Source of the DNA: Bacteriovoracaceae bacterium
Lineage (GTDB): Bacteria > Bdellovibrionota > Bacteriovoracia > Bacteriovoracales > Bacteriovoracaceae
NCBI GenBank assembly: GCA_048270185.1
Contig: JBLWTJ010000001.1
Span: forward strand, 1,120,001 to 1,184,000
Length of the DNA: 64,000 nt
Reading direction: 5' to 3'
The notes under the pieces were generated by a model that saw nothing but the letters and a program-made list of their open reading frames with translations, made no database searches and had not been told where the DNA came from. The position numbers were made by a program, and so were the translations under genes. Every line of letters begins with the position of its first letter. Position 1 is the stretch's first letter. This document shows, piece by piece, positions 18,703 to 28,262 of this stretch.

Positions 18703-21249
18703 TTAGTTTTCTTGATTTTCTTGTGCTTCTTCTTTTGCAAATGGAGTATCTTCCCAGTCAACAGAGTGTTTACACTCAGGACATTGAAGTTGTTTTCCCC
18801 ATCTCTTCGTTTCTTTCACACCCATGACTCCAAAACCACAAGCAGGACAGTCCATAACTTTTGGCTCGTTCCACAGTGCTGTTTCACATTCTGGATAATT
18901 CGTACAACCGTAGAAGATTTTACCGTAACGAGATTTTTTCTCAGCGAATTTACCAACCTTACACTTTGGACAAGTCACATCAATTGTATATGGAAGCGTT
19001 GTTTCACATTTTGGATATTCTTCACAACGAACGAAGCGTCCGAATTTTCCCTTCTTAACTTCAAGACGCTTGCCACAAGTTGGACATGGATCTCTAAACC
19101 AATCTTTTGGTAGAATTTCAATATGTCCATCAAGATGCTTTTTAAAGTCATGAGTTGAAGTACAATCAGGATAGTTTCGACAAGCAAGGAATTGACCGTT
19201 ACGTCCCCATTTAATAAGGTACTCACCGTCTTCACATTTTTCACAGTGAATCCCCGTTGGGATCTCTTGCTTTTTAAGGTTCTTCATTTCTTCTTTGGCT
19301 TTTTCAAGTGTCTTTTCAAACCCTTGCCAAAATTCTTTTAGAACCTTCTTCCACTTTATATCGCCTTCTTCGATTTTATCGAGAAGCTTTTCAACGTTTG
19401 CCGTAAAGGCTACGTCCATCACATCTGGAAAAGATTCAATAAGCATTTTACAAACAACTGTTCCAAGTTCAGTTGACATAAAACGATTTTCAACCTTTTC
19501 AACATATCCGCGATCTTGAATATTTGAAATAATCGAAGCATATGTCGATGGTCGCCCAATACCCTTTTCTTCAAGAGTCTTAACAAGAGAAGCTTCATTA
19601 TATCTTGGCGGAGGTGCAGTCCAGTGCTCGACCTCAGTAGGTCCAGATTTGGCCATCATTGCTTCACCAACATCAATTAATGGTAGCTCGCCTGTTGCCT
19701 TCGCTGTATCGTTATCATCATCGTCATCATTTCCGCCTCGACGAGATGCTTTCTCTGCAGCTGCTTCCATGTAAACAGTTCTGAAACCTGGGAATTTAAT
19801 AATTGACCCATTGGCCTTAAAGAAATGACCTTCACACTCAAAAGTTACAGCTGTTTGATCAATAACAGCTTGGCTCATTTGAGATGAAATAAATTTATTC
19901 CAAATAAGCTCATATAATTTTTGCTCATCTGGCTCTAGATCTCCCCTAAGTTGATTAGGAGTATATTCTAACGAAGTTGGTCTAATGGCCTCGTGGGCAT
20001 CTTGAACCTTACTACTTCCTTTCTTCTTATATTCAATTGGCTCAGGAGATAGGTACTGTTCACCATATTGATCTTTTACATATTCACGTAGAGCATTTAA
20101 TGATTCAGGCTCAGTTCTAACAGAGTCTGTTCTCATATATGTAATTAAACCGACAGTTCCAAAGTCAGTTGTTGCAATCCCCTCATAGAGTCTTTGCGCA
20201 ACCATCATTGTTCTCTTGGCCGTAAATCCTAATTTATTAGCAGCTTCCTGTTGAAGCTTTGAAGTTGTAAATGGTGGCGTCGGGTTTTGTTTTCTTTCAC
20301 GTTTTTTAACGTCAATTACTTCAAATTCTTTACCATTAACATCTTTTACGATCTGCTTTGTAAAAGCTTCATCTGTAAGTTCTGTTTTCTTTTTGGCATC
20401 TTCACCGTAGTATTTAATTTCAAAAAGTTTTCCATCTTTTTCCATATCACCGTGGATTGAGAACCACTGTTCAGGAACGAAGGCCTTAATTTCATCTTCT
20501 CTTTCAACGATAATTCTTAGAGCAACTGATTGAACACGACCAGCTGAAATCCCACGCTGAACTTTGTCCCATAGGATTGGAGAAATCTTATATCCCACGA
20601 GACGATCGAGTACACGGCGAGTCTTTTGAGCATCATACATATTTACATTTAGCTCAACAGGATTTTCGACGGCCTTTGTAACAGCTGTCTTTGTAACGGC
20701 ATTAAAAATAACTCGTCTAATTTTCTTACGCTTACCAATTTCTTCAGCAAGGTGAAATGCGATGGCCTCCCCTTCACGGTCCAAGTCGGGTGCGAGGAAG
20801 ATTTCGTTGGCATCTTTTGCGAGTTCTTGAATTCTTTCGATCTTTGCTTGCTTTCCTGCAATAGGAACAAGGTCAATTTCAAAATTCTCTTTGATATCGA
20901 CACCTAGTTTTGACTTAGGTAGGTCTTTGATATGCCCGTTAGAGGCTACAACTTGAAAACCTCGTCCTAGGTACTTTTTAATAGTTTTAGCTTTTGAAGG
21001 TGACTCCACGATGACTAGCTTGTAGTCTTTGTCTTTAACGGATTTGGCAGAGGCTTTCTTTGTCGTCTTCTTTGCAGTTTTCTTAGCAGTTTTTTTGGAC
21101 GCTTTCTTTGTAACCTTTTTCTTTGCCGTTTTTTTCTTAGTGGTTTTCTTTTTGCTTGTTGCTTTCTTTGCTGCTTTTTTCGAGGCCTTCTTAGAGGCAG
21201 CTTTTGTTGCAGCTTCACTCACAACTTCTGTCTGTGCCATGATGCTCAC
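18703..21249 (-). CDS. topA: DNA topoisomerase I with Lys/Ala-rich N-terminal extension and C-terminal Zn ribbons
   Basis: LVIVESPSKAKTI, D.DREGEAIA, SAGRVQS, ITYMRTDS, AHEAIRP, GIGRPSTY; start GTG 21249 or ATG 21240. Confidence 0.97.
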   Translation of the reverse strand: MSIMAQTEVVSEAATKAASKKASKKAAKKATSKKKTTKKKTAKKKVTKKASKKTAKKTAKKTTKKASAKSVKDKDYKLVIVESPSKAKTIKKYLGRGFQVVASNGHIKDLPKSKLGVDIKENFEIDLVPIAGKQAKIERIQELAKDANEIFLAPDLDREGEAIAFHLAEEIGKRKKIRRVIFNAVTKTAVTKAVENPVELNVNMYDAQKTRRVLDRLVGYKISPILWDKVQRGISAGRVQSVALRIIVEREDEIKAFVPEQWFSIHGDMEKDGKLFEIKYYGEDAKKKTELTDEAFTKQIVKDVNGKEFEVIDVKKRERKQNPTPPFTTSKLQQEAANKLGFTAKRTMMVAQRLYEGIATTDFGTVGLITYMRTDSVRTEPESLNALREYVKDQYGEQYLSPEPIEYKKKGSSKVQDAHEAIRPTSLEYTPNQLRGDLEPDEQKLYELIWNKFISSQMSQAVIDQTAVTFECEGHFFKANGSIIKFPGFRTVYMEAAAEKASRRGGNDDDDDNDTAKATGELPLIDVGEAMMAKSGPTEVEHWTAPPPRYNEASLVKTLEEKGIGRPSTYASIISNIQDRGYVEKVENRFMSTELGTVVCKMLIESFPDVMDVAFTANVEKLLDKIEEGDIKWKKVLKEFWQGFEKTLEKAKEEMKNLKKQEIPTGIHCEKCEDGEYLIKWGRNGQFLACRNYPDCTSTHDFKKHLDGHIEILPKDWFRDPCPTCGKRLEVKKGKFGRFVRCEEYPKCETTLPYTIDVTCPKCKVGKFAEKKSRYGKIFYGCTNYPECETALWNEPKVMDCPACGFGVMGVKETKRWGKQLQCPECKHSVDWEDTPFAKEEAQENQEN

Positions 21250-21260
21250 TTACTCCTAGT

Positions 21261-21287
21261 AAAAAACAAGGCGCGTTAGAACGCGCC
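21261..21287 (-). terminator. Intrinsic terminator between the LysM gene and topA
   Basis: ggcgcgt/acgcgcc stem followed by a T-rich run on the minus strand. Confidence 0.65.
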
Positions 21288-21321
21288 CTTCATATCTTAA
21301 CATATTTTTTGCTAGCATAGA

Positions 21322-23529
21322 TTAATTTGAGTCACTATTCAATAGTTCTTCAATTTCTTCGATGTCATAAGGTGTCAATCCGTACGGGTTCTCTTTACTG
21401 TTGAGATCCTCATCAATGTACTTAAGCCCTTCTTTCGCTTCAATTTCATTCATTGAAGGAAGTGCATCTGGATTCTTCGACTTAACGCCCTTCTCTAGTA
21501 GGTTCAAGTCTTGACGCTCTAAGTAAGTATCTTCGTCGATCTTCTGTTCATTAAGCTTCGTTTCAGCTTCGATCAGTTCTTGTTCAAGTTTTTCAAGCTC
21601 TTTTAAGTCTCGGGCCTGTTCTTTAATGATCGATTTCTCTCTTTCTTGTCTCTCTAACTCTTCAAGCTCATCTTCTTCAATGCGGATCTCATCAACTTGT
21701 TTCAGAAGATCTTCACCAAGATTATCAAGATTAAGCTCCACATCAAGTTCTTCAAGGGCAAGGTTCTCTTGTTTGCCAAGATTTTTTGCACGAGAGTTAT
21801 TACGTAATTGTTCGGCCATCTTTGCACTGGCTTCCGATTTCGTTAGAGCAATATTTCCAAGCTCCATACTGTCATTACTATATGAGATAACGGCCGTCGC
21901 AAAATTATCAGTTACAGTAACAACTGTTGCCTCACCTTTTACATAAGTAGGCTGCGAACTAATTCTCTTTCCTGTTCCTTGGTCCATAAAAGAATAGATT
22001 TCAAAAACATTCCCAAGTTCAACACCGTCAACACGTCCTCGATCAAGATAGACAACATCACCAAGAGATAGTCCTCTTGTTTGAGCTTTGTATGAGCCGA
22101 TTAAGGCAGCTTCAATTCGACGTGTATTATATGTTTTAAAAATCTTAGCAATTTTTGGGGTATAGACAGTGATTCTCTCACCTCTTTCGATAACACCAGT
22201 AATTTCAGTGATATCAACTTCCCACTTATTATCTTCCATCTCACGAGTAGTTTTAACCTGACCCAAGATTGTATAACGTAAACCTTCACGATCTGAAATA
22301 TCGTGGGAAACCTTTCCTTCTGGTTTATAGATAGAGAATTGATCCCCCGGTCTTACCTGTACCGACTTATCAAATTTAATATAGGCTTTTTGTTTTGCAT
22401 TAACAAAAACGGCCTCATCTCTCTTATCAGAAATAAACCCAAGGTCTTGGATATGATTTGTCGAAAGGAAAGTATTTAAGAAGAAGCCTTGAGAAACAGT
22501 TACTTCTTTCTTCTCGATTGAAGAAACTCCATTTTCATCATATTCATCACTTGGCTCTTCAATAATAATTGAAGTCATCGGCGGAGCATATTTCTTATAA
22601 TCGGTATTAAGCTCAACTTGAGTCATCGAAAGAACATCATCATATGTTGATTCTGTTAGAGATTGAAAGAAGGCACCCTTACTAACAAGATTTCTTCTCT
22701 CTTTTAACCAGTCTGATTTAATATCTTCACCGTAACTAGAAAATGCCCCTGAAGAAGCTACATTAATTGACTTCTGAACAGATGGATCTTGCTCGGATTC
22801 AAAACTTCCAAGTACAACATTTGGTAGAGATGACTCATTACCAGTAGAGAAGACAAGAACTTGTCCTGGCTCAATCTCATGTGGATTTGTAATCTGTGGG
22901 TTCATCGACCAAATTTTTGAATAATAGAAACCTGATCCAAAAAGATTTTGTGAAATCTTCCATAACCAGTCCCCTTCTTGGACAACATACTTATCAACTT
23001 TTGCTGCTGTTGCAAGTTCATTCCATTCTTCATCGGGAATCTTCTTTTCAACAAATTTAGCTAATTCAAGAAGCTCTTTTTCTTCACGTCCAACATTGAA
23101 TAAATTCTTATCAACCTGAACTTTCTGATCACTAACATTTTGATTTTGCCCTTTTGATGGCTCAACGATCTCAACATCGTTCTCCTTAGGCTGCTCTTGC
23201 ATTTCTTTAGCGAGAATATCAATTTCTTCAATATCAGTAGCATTCTCTAAATTATTTTCTTCAATCTTCTTTTGATTTTCTTGCGTCAAAGACTCTTCAC
23301 CAGGAAGAGTTTTCTTTTGGTCACTCTTAATTGAGTTTAATTCATCTGTTAAAACTTCTTCACTAACATCTGTTTGTTGAGGTTGATCTGTCTCTTCCTC
23401 TAATAACATAAGAAGGTCTTTATCATCTAAAAGCTCTAAGTCTTTTAAATCATCTTGCGCGTGAATAAAGTTAATATTCATTAATAGCGAGATAATACAG
23501 AATAGAAGTTTCAGATTTTTTCTTTTCAA
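21322..23529 (-). CDS. LysM peptidoglycan-binding protein, TsaP-like, with acidic coiled-coil extensions
   Basis: Signal peptide; YVVQEGDWLWKIS...IW..NPQITNPHEIEPGQVL; VVYLDRG..DG.E.GNVF. Confidence 0.75.
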   Translation of the reverse strand: MKRKNLKLLFCIISLLMNINFIHAQDDLKDLELLDDKDLLMLLEEETDQPQQTDVSEEVLTDELNSIKSDQKKTLPGEESLTQENQKKIEENNLENATDIEEIDILAKEMQEQPKENDVEIVEPSKGQNQNVSDQKVQVDKNLFNVGREEKELLELAKFVEKKIPDEEWNELATAAKVDKYVVQEGDWLWKISQNLFGSGFYYSKIWSMNPQITNPHEIEPGQVLVFSTGNESSLPNVVLGSFESEQDPSVQKSINVASSGAFSSYGEDIKSDWLKERRNLVSKGAFFQSLTESTYDDVLSMTQVELNTDYKKYAPPMTSIIIEEPSDEYDENGVSSIEKKEVTVSQGFFLNTFLSTNHIQDLGFISDKRDEAVFVNAKQKAYIKFDKSVQVRPGDQFSIYKPEGKVSHDISDREGLRYTILGQVKTTREMEDNKWEVDITEITGVIERGERITVYTPKIAKIFKTYNTRRIEAALIGSYKAQTRGLSLGDVVYLDRGRVDGVELGNVFEIYSFMDQGTGKRISSQPTYVKGEATVVTVTDNFATAVISYSNDSMELGNIALTKSEASAKMAEQLRNNSRAKNLGKQENLALEELDVELNLDNLGEDLLKQVDEIRIEEDELEELERQEREKSIIKEQARDLKELEKLEQELIEAETKLNEQKIDEDTYLERQDLNLLEKGVKSKNPDALPSMNEIEAKEGLKYIDEDLNSKENPYGLTPYDIEEIEELLNSDSN

Positions 23530-23537
23530 GACGGCCC

Positions 23538-24275
23538 TTACGCTTCCCCAAAGAAGTCATGTAGTATTGAGTAATACTGTTCTTTCTTCTTTGTTAATTT
23601 AAGTTTATCTGTACAAACAATAAGACGACCTAGACTTTTTATAACAAGTCCAGAGAATGCATGTTGTCTTAGAATCTCTTCATAAAGTTGCATTGAAAGA
23701 TCGTATTCTTTTTGACCAAATAGCATTTCAGCAAGATAGAACTTCGCTCTTACTTTAATTTGGCTATGTTTTGAGTTTTCTAGATCTTTTAAAATTGTTA
23801 ATGATTGATCCAAACGATTTTGAGCAAGTAGCCCTTCAACCTGTTTTAAAAGATTTAACTCTTTTTGTAGTTGAAGATCATTTGTTTGTTCTTCTTTTCT
23901 TTGAGCAACAACTTCATTGGCAAAAACATCAACTGTTTCTGCAACATTGTTTCCTCTTGCATCCTGGAGTTCATCCATCATAGCAAGTTGCACCTGCTCA
24001 TCACTTGCACCACTTGTATTCTTTGTTGATTTATACTGATCAACAAGGCTTGGAGCACTTGTGCCCTTTAATAATTTTTCATACTTATCAAGAAGCTGAT
24101 CGTACTGCGCCTTTGGTACCATTTGTGATTTGGCATCGATTGCAACCTTCTCTTCTGAAGAGCCGCCCTCTTCATCAAATAGAGCTTTTCTCTCTCCTAG
24201 CATCGAACAAGAAGATGTTAATAGAGTAAGAAATAATATTGAACTGAGTGGAAATCTCATCCTGAAATCTTTCAC
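23538..24275 (-). CDS. TPR-containing lipoprotein (CpoB/YbgF-like)
   Basis: Lipobox LTSSC; C-terminal TPR (AKFYLAEMLFGQKEYDLSMQLYEEIL); GGAGG RBS. Confidence 0.65.
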   Translation of the reverse strand: MKDFRMRFPLSSILFLTLLTSSCSMLGERKALFDEEGGSSEEKVAIDAKSQMVPKAQYDQLLDKYEKLLKGTSAPSLVDQYKSTKNTSGASDEQVQLAMMDELQDARGNNVAETVDVFANEVVAQRKEEQTNDLQLQKELNLLKQVEGLLAQNRLDQSLTILKDLENSKHSQIKVRAKFYLAEMLFGQKEYDLSMQLYEEILRQHAFSGLVIKSLGRLIVCTDKLKLTKKKEQYYSILHDFFGEA

Positions 24276-24417
24276 TTATAGTCCTCCATGACATTTATAA
24301 AAGAGTGGCCTTTAATAATATTTTAAGATACAAAGCATTTAAGTCAATGAAATTTCGTGCATAGGCAAAGTCTTCCAAGGATTTTTGCCCAATAAAAACA
24401 TATTAGTAGAGTATTTT

Positions 24418-24645
24418 ATGAGTGATGTATTTAAAACAATTGTTCGTGTCCCTAAGAAAGAATCGGCCTATTTTTATTTCCAACTCGAGGCCAATGAAGG
24501 TCTATGTTTCTACTCAACTATCGAAGGCGACAAGCACGAAGGCCACCGCGACATTATCGTTCAATGCCACCCAAGTCTCGAACCAGAAGTTAAACAACTT
24601 TTAGCTAAACTTGGACAAGAAATCGAGCTTCAGTTTATCGACTAA
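24418..24645 (+). CDS. Small protein, DUF4911-like
   Basis: V.K.E.AY.YF.LEA.EG..FYST pattern. Confidence 0.55.
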   Translation: MSDVFKTIVRVPKKESAYFYFQLEANEGLCFYSTIEGDKHEGHRDIIVQCHPSLEPEVKQLLAKLGQEIELQFID

Positions 24646-24743
24646 TATTTTGACAGGGGTAGGAATTCTTCCAACTTTGCCCCTCCCATAAGCAATAAAT
24701 GTTACTAATCTCCTCAAATTTATAATAAATGAGGAGAGATATT

Positions 24744-26093
24744 ATGAGCAGTGCTCTAAAAAGAATGGCCACCACTACCCTATGTGTTGTCGCCTGCCTT
24801 CAAATGGCTTCATGTAAAGTCGTCACAAATAAAGGCATCAATAATCACTTCAATGATTTAAAACAATCAATCACTGATTCTCATAAACTTGAAATGGCAA
24901 ATGAGCTACAAGTTAAGGCCGAAAAGATAGCCAAGCTTATCAACCGTGCTCCAAAGCTTGAAACTTGGACAGACTCAAAACAAAGATATGGATCAAAAGA
25001 TCGTACTCGCCGAGTGCGCACAGTTGAAAAGTATAACGAGAGTAAGGCCAAGATTAGAGCTTGGATGGGTGAAGTTAAGCAATTAACCATGGATATCCAT
25101 GCCATCACTTATGAAGCTGGAAAGAATTCATACCTTAAAGACGAAACAAATCGACTTGTGAATACTCCAGAACAAATGTCACAGAACGAAGTTCTTGCTC
25201 TCTACTCTCTTACATACCTGAGAAACCTGAGTGATGGTTATACTAAGAGATCAATTGGTTATATCGAACAACTTTCAAAAAAGAATATGCAGCGTTTTAC
25301 TGAAAATGATGAAGAGTTCAAGTTAGAAGTTCTCCAACAACATATGGCCTATATCGGGATGATGAAGATCATTGATAACGATGCGGCCAAAACACTGACT
25401 AAGCTTAAGGCCATGAGAGATGGAAATATTCTTGCTCCTGCCATTAGTGAGAATATCTCTAATCTTTTAAATACTGGAAAAGAAGCTAATGCACAAAAAC
25501 TAGAGCGCTTTAATGACTACAAGAAAGAAGCATTAACTCAAGAACAAAGAGAACAATTTGAAAAAGCTCGTCTTTCTTATGAGAAGACATTTGGAAAGAA
25601 GTCACTTCTCTTTGATCCGGCAAACCCAGATCACCCGCTTATGCACCTATTTGTTATTTCTTCAAACCTATCATGGGGTTTAATTAATACAATGGTTGGT
25701 GGAGCATTTGTTGCGACAAAGGTTCTACTTGTTCCAATTAGCCGCGGGGTAAACCTATTCTTAAGATTCCTAGAATCAGTTACTCCATACTACTTCTACA
25801 AGATGTATGAATTTAATCTACCAAGAATTAAAATTTCACGCTCGAAAATGCAAATCTACGCAGACGTTTGTGGACTTGGAATTGTACCAGGAAAAATGTC
25901 AGCAGGTCTTTTTGAACTAGACTTCTGCTCTGGCTATAACTTCGCCTCAGGTCACGAAGCAGGTCATGCCAAGCAATCAGCACTACTAGGCCCTCTTTAC
26001 TTCCCTGCTGCCATCCTTTCATACGCACTTGTTGGCGGACACGGTGGATTCATCGAAACATGGGCAGATATTTGGTCAGCACACTACCACTAG
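24744..26093 (+). CDS. Putative lipoprotein with C-terminal HExxH zincin-like domain
   Basis: GAGGAG RBS; QMASC lipobox-like; helical N-domain; HEAGHAKQS.LLGPLY...ETWAD. Confidence 0.6.
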   Translation: MSSALKRMATTTLCVVACLQMASCKVVTNKGINNHFNDLKQSITDSHKLEMANELQVKAEKIAKLINRAPKLETWTDSKQRYGSKDRTRRVRTVEKYNESKAKIRAWMGEVKQLTMDIHAITYEAGKNSYLKDETNRLVNTPEQMSQNEVLALYSLTYLRNLSDGYTKRSIGYIEQLSKKNMQRFTENDEEFKLEVLQQHMAYIGMMKIIDNDAAKTLTKLKAMRDGNILAPAISENISNLLNTGKEANAQKLERFNDYKKEALTQEQREQFEKARLSYEKTFGKKSLLFDPANPDHPLMHLFVISSNLSWGLINTMVGGAFVATKVLLVPISRGVNLFLRFLESVTPYYFYKMYEFNLPRIKISRSKMQIYADVCGLGIVPGKMSAGLFELDFCSGYNFASGHEAGHAKQSALLGPLYFPAAILSYALVGGHGGFIETWADIWSAHYH

Positions 26094-26104
26094 GATTTAC
26101 TTAA

Positions 26105-27097
26105 ATGATGATTCATAAGAATAAGATATTAACAAACGCTTCGGGGATCTTACTTAGATCCCTGCTGCGCCTTATGCTTATGTCATTTATAACTCACAAC
26201 ACGACGGCCTTTCCAGATATTCCCATACCAAAGAAACTTCGCTACACAATTAATAATTCAAGTTATGAGTACGATGTAAAAAGAAATGATCAATACTTTC
26301 TCTTCTTAGATCAAGACGGTGACGGAATTCCAGATAATATTGACAATGATATCGACGGTGATGGTCTTGATAATATCGCCGATGAATTCCCAACAGACCC
26401 GAATCGTGACTCATCAGATATCGACGGTGATGGTATTGCTGACTTCATTGACTTTAGCCACAGTGATAATATTGCAAAGAGTGAAAGACTTGAAGCCTCT
26501 AAGATTCAAGAAGAGATCTTTTCTAAGTACGACATTCTGATCATTCCAGCGGCCAAGACAAATCTTGAGCAACTTAGTATCGTCAAGGCCTTATTAGAAA
26601 AAGAAATTGTCCATACTTCTACTAATTTAAATTACATCATCTTAGAAGAGCATAATAAATCAAATGCCATGGTTAGAGGAAAGTATGATCCAGAGTGGAA
26701 TCAGTTAATTCTCTACAATGATCGCTTAACGGATATTAATGAATTCACGCTAACTCTAACTCACGAGTATTTTCACTTTATTCAAAATGAAAACCCAAAG
26801 CTCTATGAAGACTTTCTGACAATAGTTGGATGGTATGGGAATACTTATATGCACGATGGTGTTGCTTATGAGACCAATGAGTTTAAGCTTAGAAATAGCG
26901 ATCAGAATGAGCTTATGGCCTTTGATAACTTTCCATCAATATATGCAACCGTCTCTCCTGAAGAGATGTTTGCGGAAGCTGCGGCCGCAATTCTTCTCGG
27001 TCACAATAAGGATCTTAAAAGCTTTAAGGCCCGCTTTAATAATTATGATAACTTCACTAAGAGTAGTGCCGCGCACTTCTTCCACGATCACTTATAA
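26105..27097 (+). CDS. Secreted protein with TSP3-like Ca-binding repeats and HExxH zinc metallopeptidase domain
   Basis: DQDGDGIPD, DIDGDGLDN, DIDGDGIAD; HEYFH; YA..SPEEMFAEA; start codon uncertain. Confidence 0.7.
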   Translation: MMIHKNKILTNASGILLRSLLRLMLMSFITHNTTAFPDIPIPKKLRYTINNSSYEYDVKRNDQYFLFLDQDGDGIPDNIDNDIDGDGLDNIADEFPTDPNRDSSDIDGDGIADFIDFSHSDNIAKSERLEASKIQEEIFSKYDILIIPAAKTNLEQLSIVKALLEKEIVHTSTNLNYIILEEHNKSNAMVRGKYDPEWNQLILYNDRLTDINEFTLTLTHEYFHFIQNENPKLYEDFLTIVGWYGNTYMHDGVAYETNEFKLRNSDQNELMAFDNFPSIYATVSPEEMFAEAAAAILLGHNKDLKSFKARFNNYDNFTKSSAAHFFHDHL

Positions 27098-27223
27098 TTT
27101 TCAAGACTTTAAGACGGCCGTTCACAAAATATACACGGCCATAAATATTACCAAAGAGGCCTTTAAATCACCCCGCACATTGTATAGTGACTTATCTATT
27201 TTATTTATAGCCGAGGGATACGA

Positions 27224-28228
27224 ATGCGAAACTTACTGACGATACTGACGTTAATGCTTATGATTTCAAACACTTACGCAGAGTGCTTAGTGGAAGACTT
27301 TCTAAGAGATGGACACTGCCCAGGAATGGGAAAAGATAGTGTCAATCAACCACGCTACGCTGACGATGGAATAATCAATCGCTACGGAGAATATACTTTC
27401 CGTCCAGAATATCAAACAAAGCCACTTGGGCTGACTCAAAGTGAGCTATTAACTATTGGTGCTGCCACTGCATCTGCTGTTCTACTTTTTAATAGTGACG
27501 AAGAGATTATGGATTTCGCACAAGAGCACCGAACTGAAGCAACTGAAGAGATTGCATTCTGGGGAGAGAAAGCTGGAAGTTGGCCAATTCAATTATCAGC
27601 AGCAGGATATGTTCTTGGTGTTGTTATGAAGAATGACGAAGTTAAAAAGACATACAAGATCGCACTTAAAGCAACAATCATTTCAGGACTTGTTACTCGT
27701 GCAATGAAAATGAGTTTTAGTAGAAAGAGACCAAATAAAACTGATGATAAGAATGACTTCACAGGATTTAACTGGGATAACGAAAACGTTTCATTCCCAT
27801 CAGGTCACACGACAACTGCTTTTGCTTTTGCGACAGTTATCGCTGAAGCTTACAAAGATAAATCAACTCTAATTCCAGTTCTTGCCTACACTGCTGCGGC
27901 CGTTGGTGGTTGGTCACGTGTCCACGACAAGGCCCACTGGGCAAGTGACGTTGCGATCGGTGCCCTAGTTGGTCACTTAACTGCAAAATTCATCTCAGAT
28001 GACGAGCGTGGAATCTTTAGAAATGAAAAATACGACATGTCGATTTACCCAGTATTTGGAGAAGACTATGTTGGAATGCACTTTGAATTTAGAGGAAAGA
28101 AAAAGAAAGATAACTCTGCTAAGAGATTCTTTGAAAAGTGTCACAAGTTCTACGATGAAAACCCAACATGGGAGAACCCAGATCGTCTTTGTACATCACT
28201 ATACTTCCAATCAGTATTTAATAAATAA
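27224..28228 (+). CDS. PAP2-family phosphatase
   Basis: K(x6)RP, PSGH, SR(x5)H(x3)D motifs; signal peptide. Confidence 0.9.
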   Translation: MRNLLTILTLMLMISNTYAECLVEDFLRDGHCPGMGKDSVNQPRYADDGIINRYGEYTFRPEYQTKPLGLTQSELLTIGAATASAVLLFNSDEEIMDFAQEHRTEATEEIAFWGEKAGSWPIQLSAAGYVLGVVMKNDEVKKTYKIALKATIISGLVTRAMKMSFSRKRPNKTDDKNDFTGFNWDNENVSFPSGHTTTAFAFATVIAEAYKDKSTLIPVLAYTAAAVGGWSRVHDKAHWASDVAIGALVGHLTAKFISDDERGIFRNEKYDMSIYPVFGEDYVGMHFEFRGKKKKDNSAKRFFEKCHKFYDENPTWENPDRLCTSLYFQSVFNK

Positions 28229-28232
28229 AAAG

Positions 28233-28258
28233 AAAGGGACCAGCAAGGTCCCTTTTTT
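28233..28258. terminator. Bidirectional intrinsic terminator
   Basis: aaagggacc-agcaa-ggtcccttt between convergent genes. Confidence 0.8.
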
Positions 28259-28262
28259 ATTT

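Noticed and set aside
26826..27239. 137-aa plus-strand ORF overlapping the TSP3/zincin gene, possible frameshift
   Set aside because: The main frame holds all motifs through to its stop; the alternative ORF has no recognisable features
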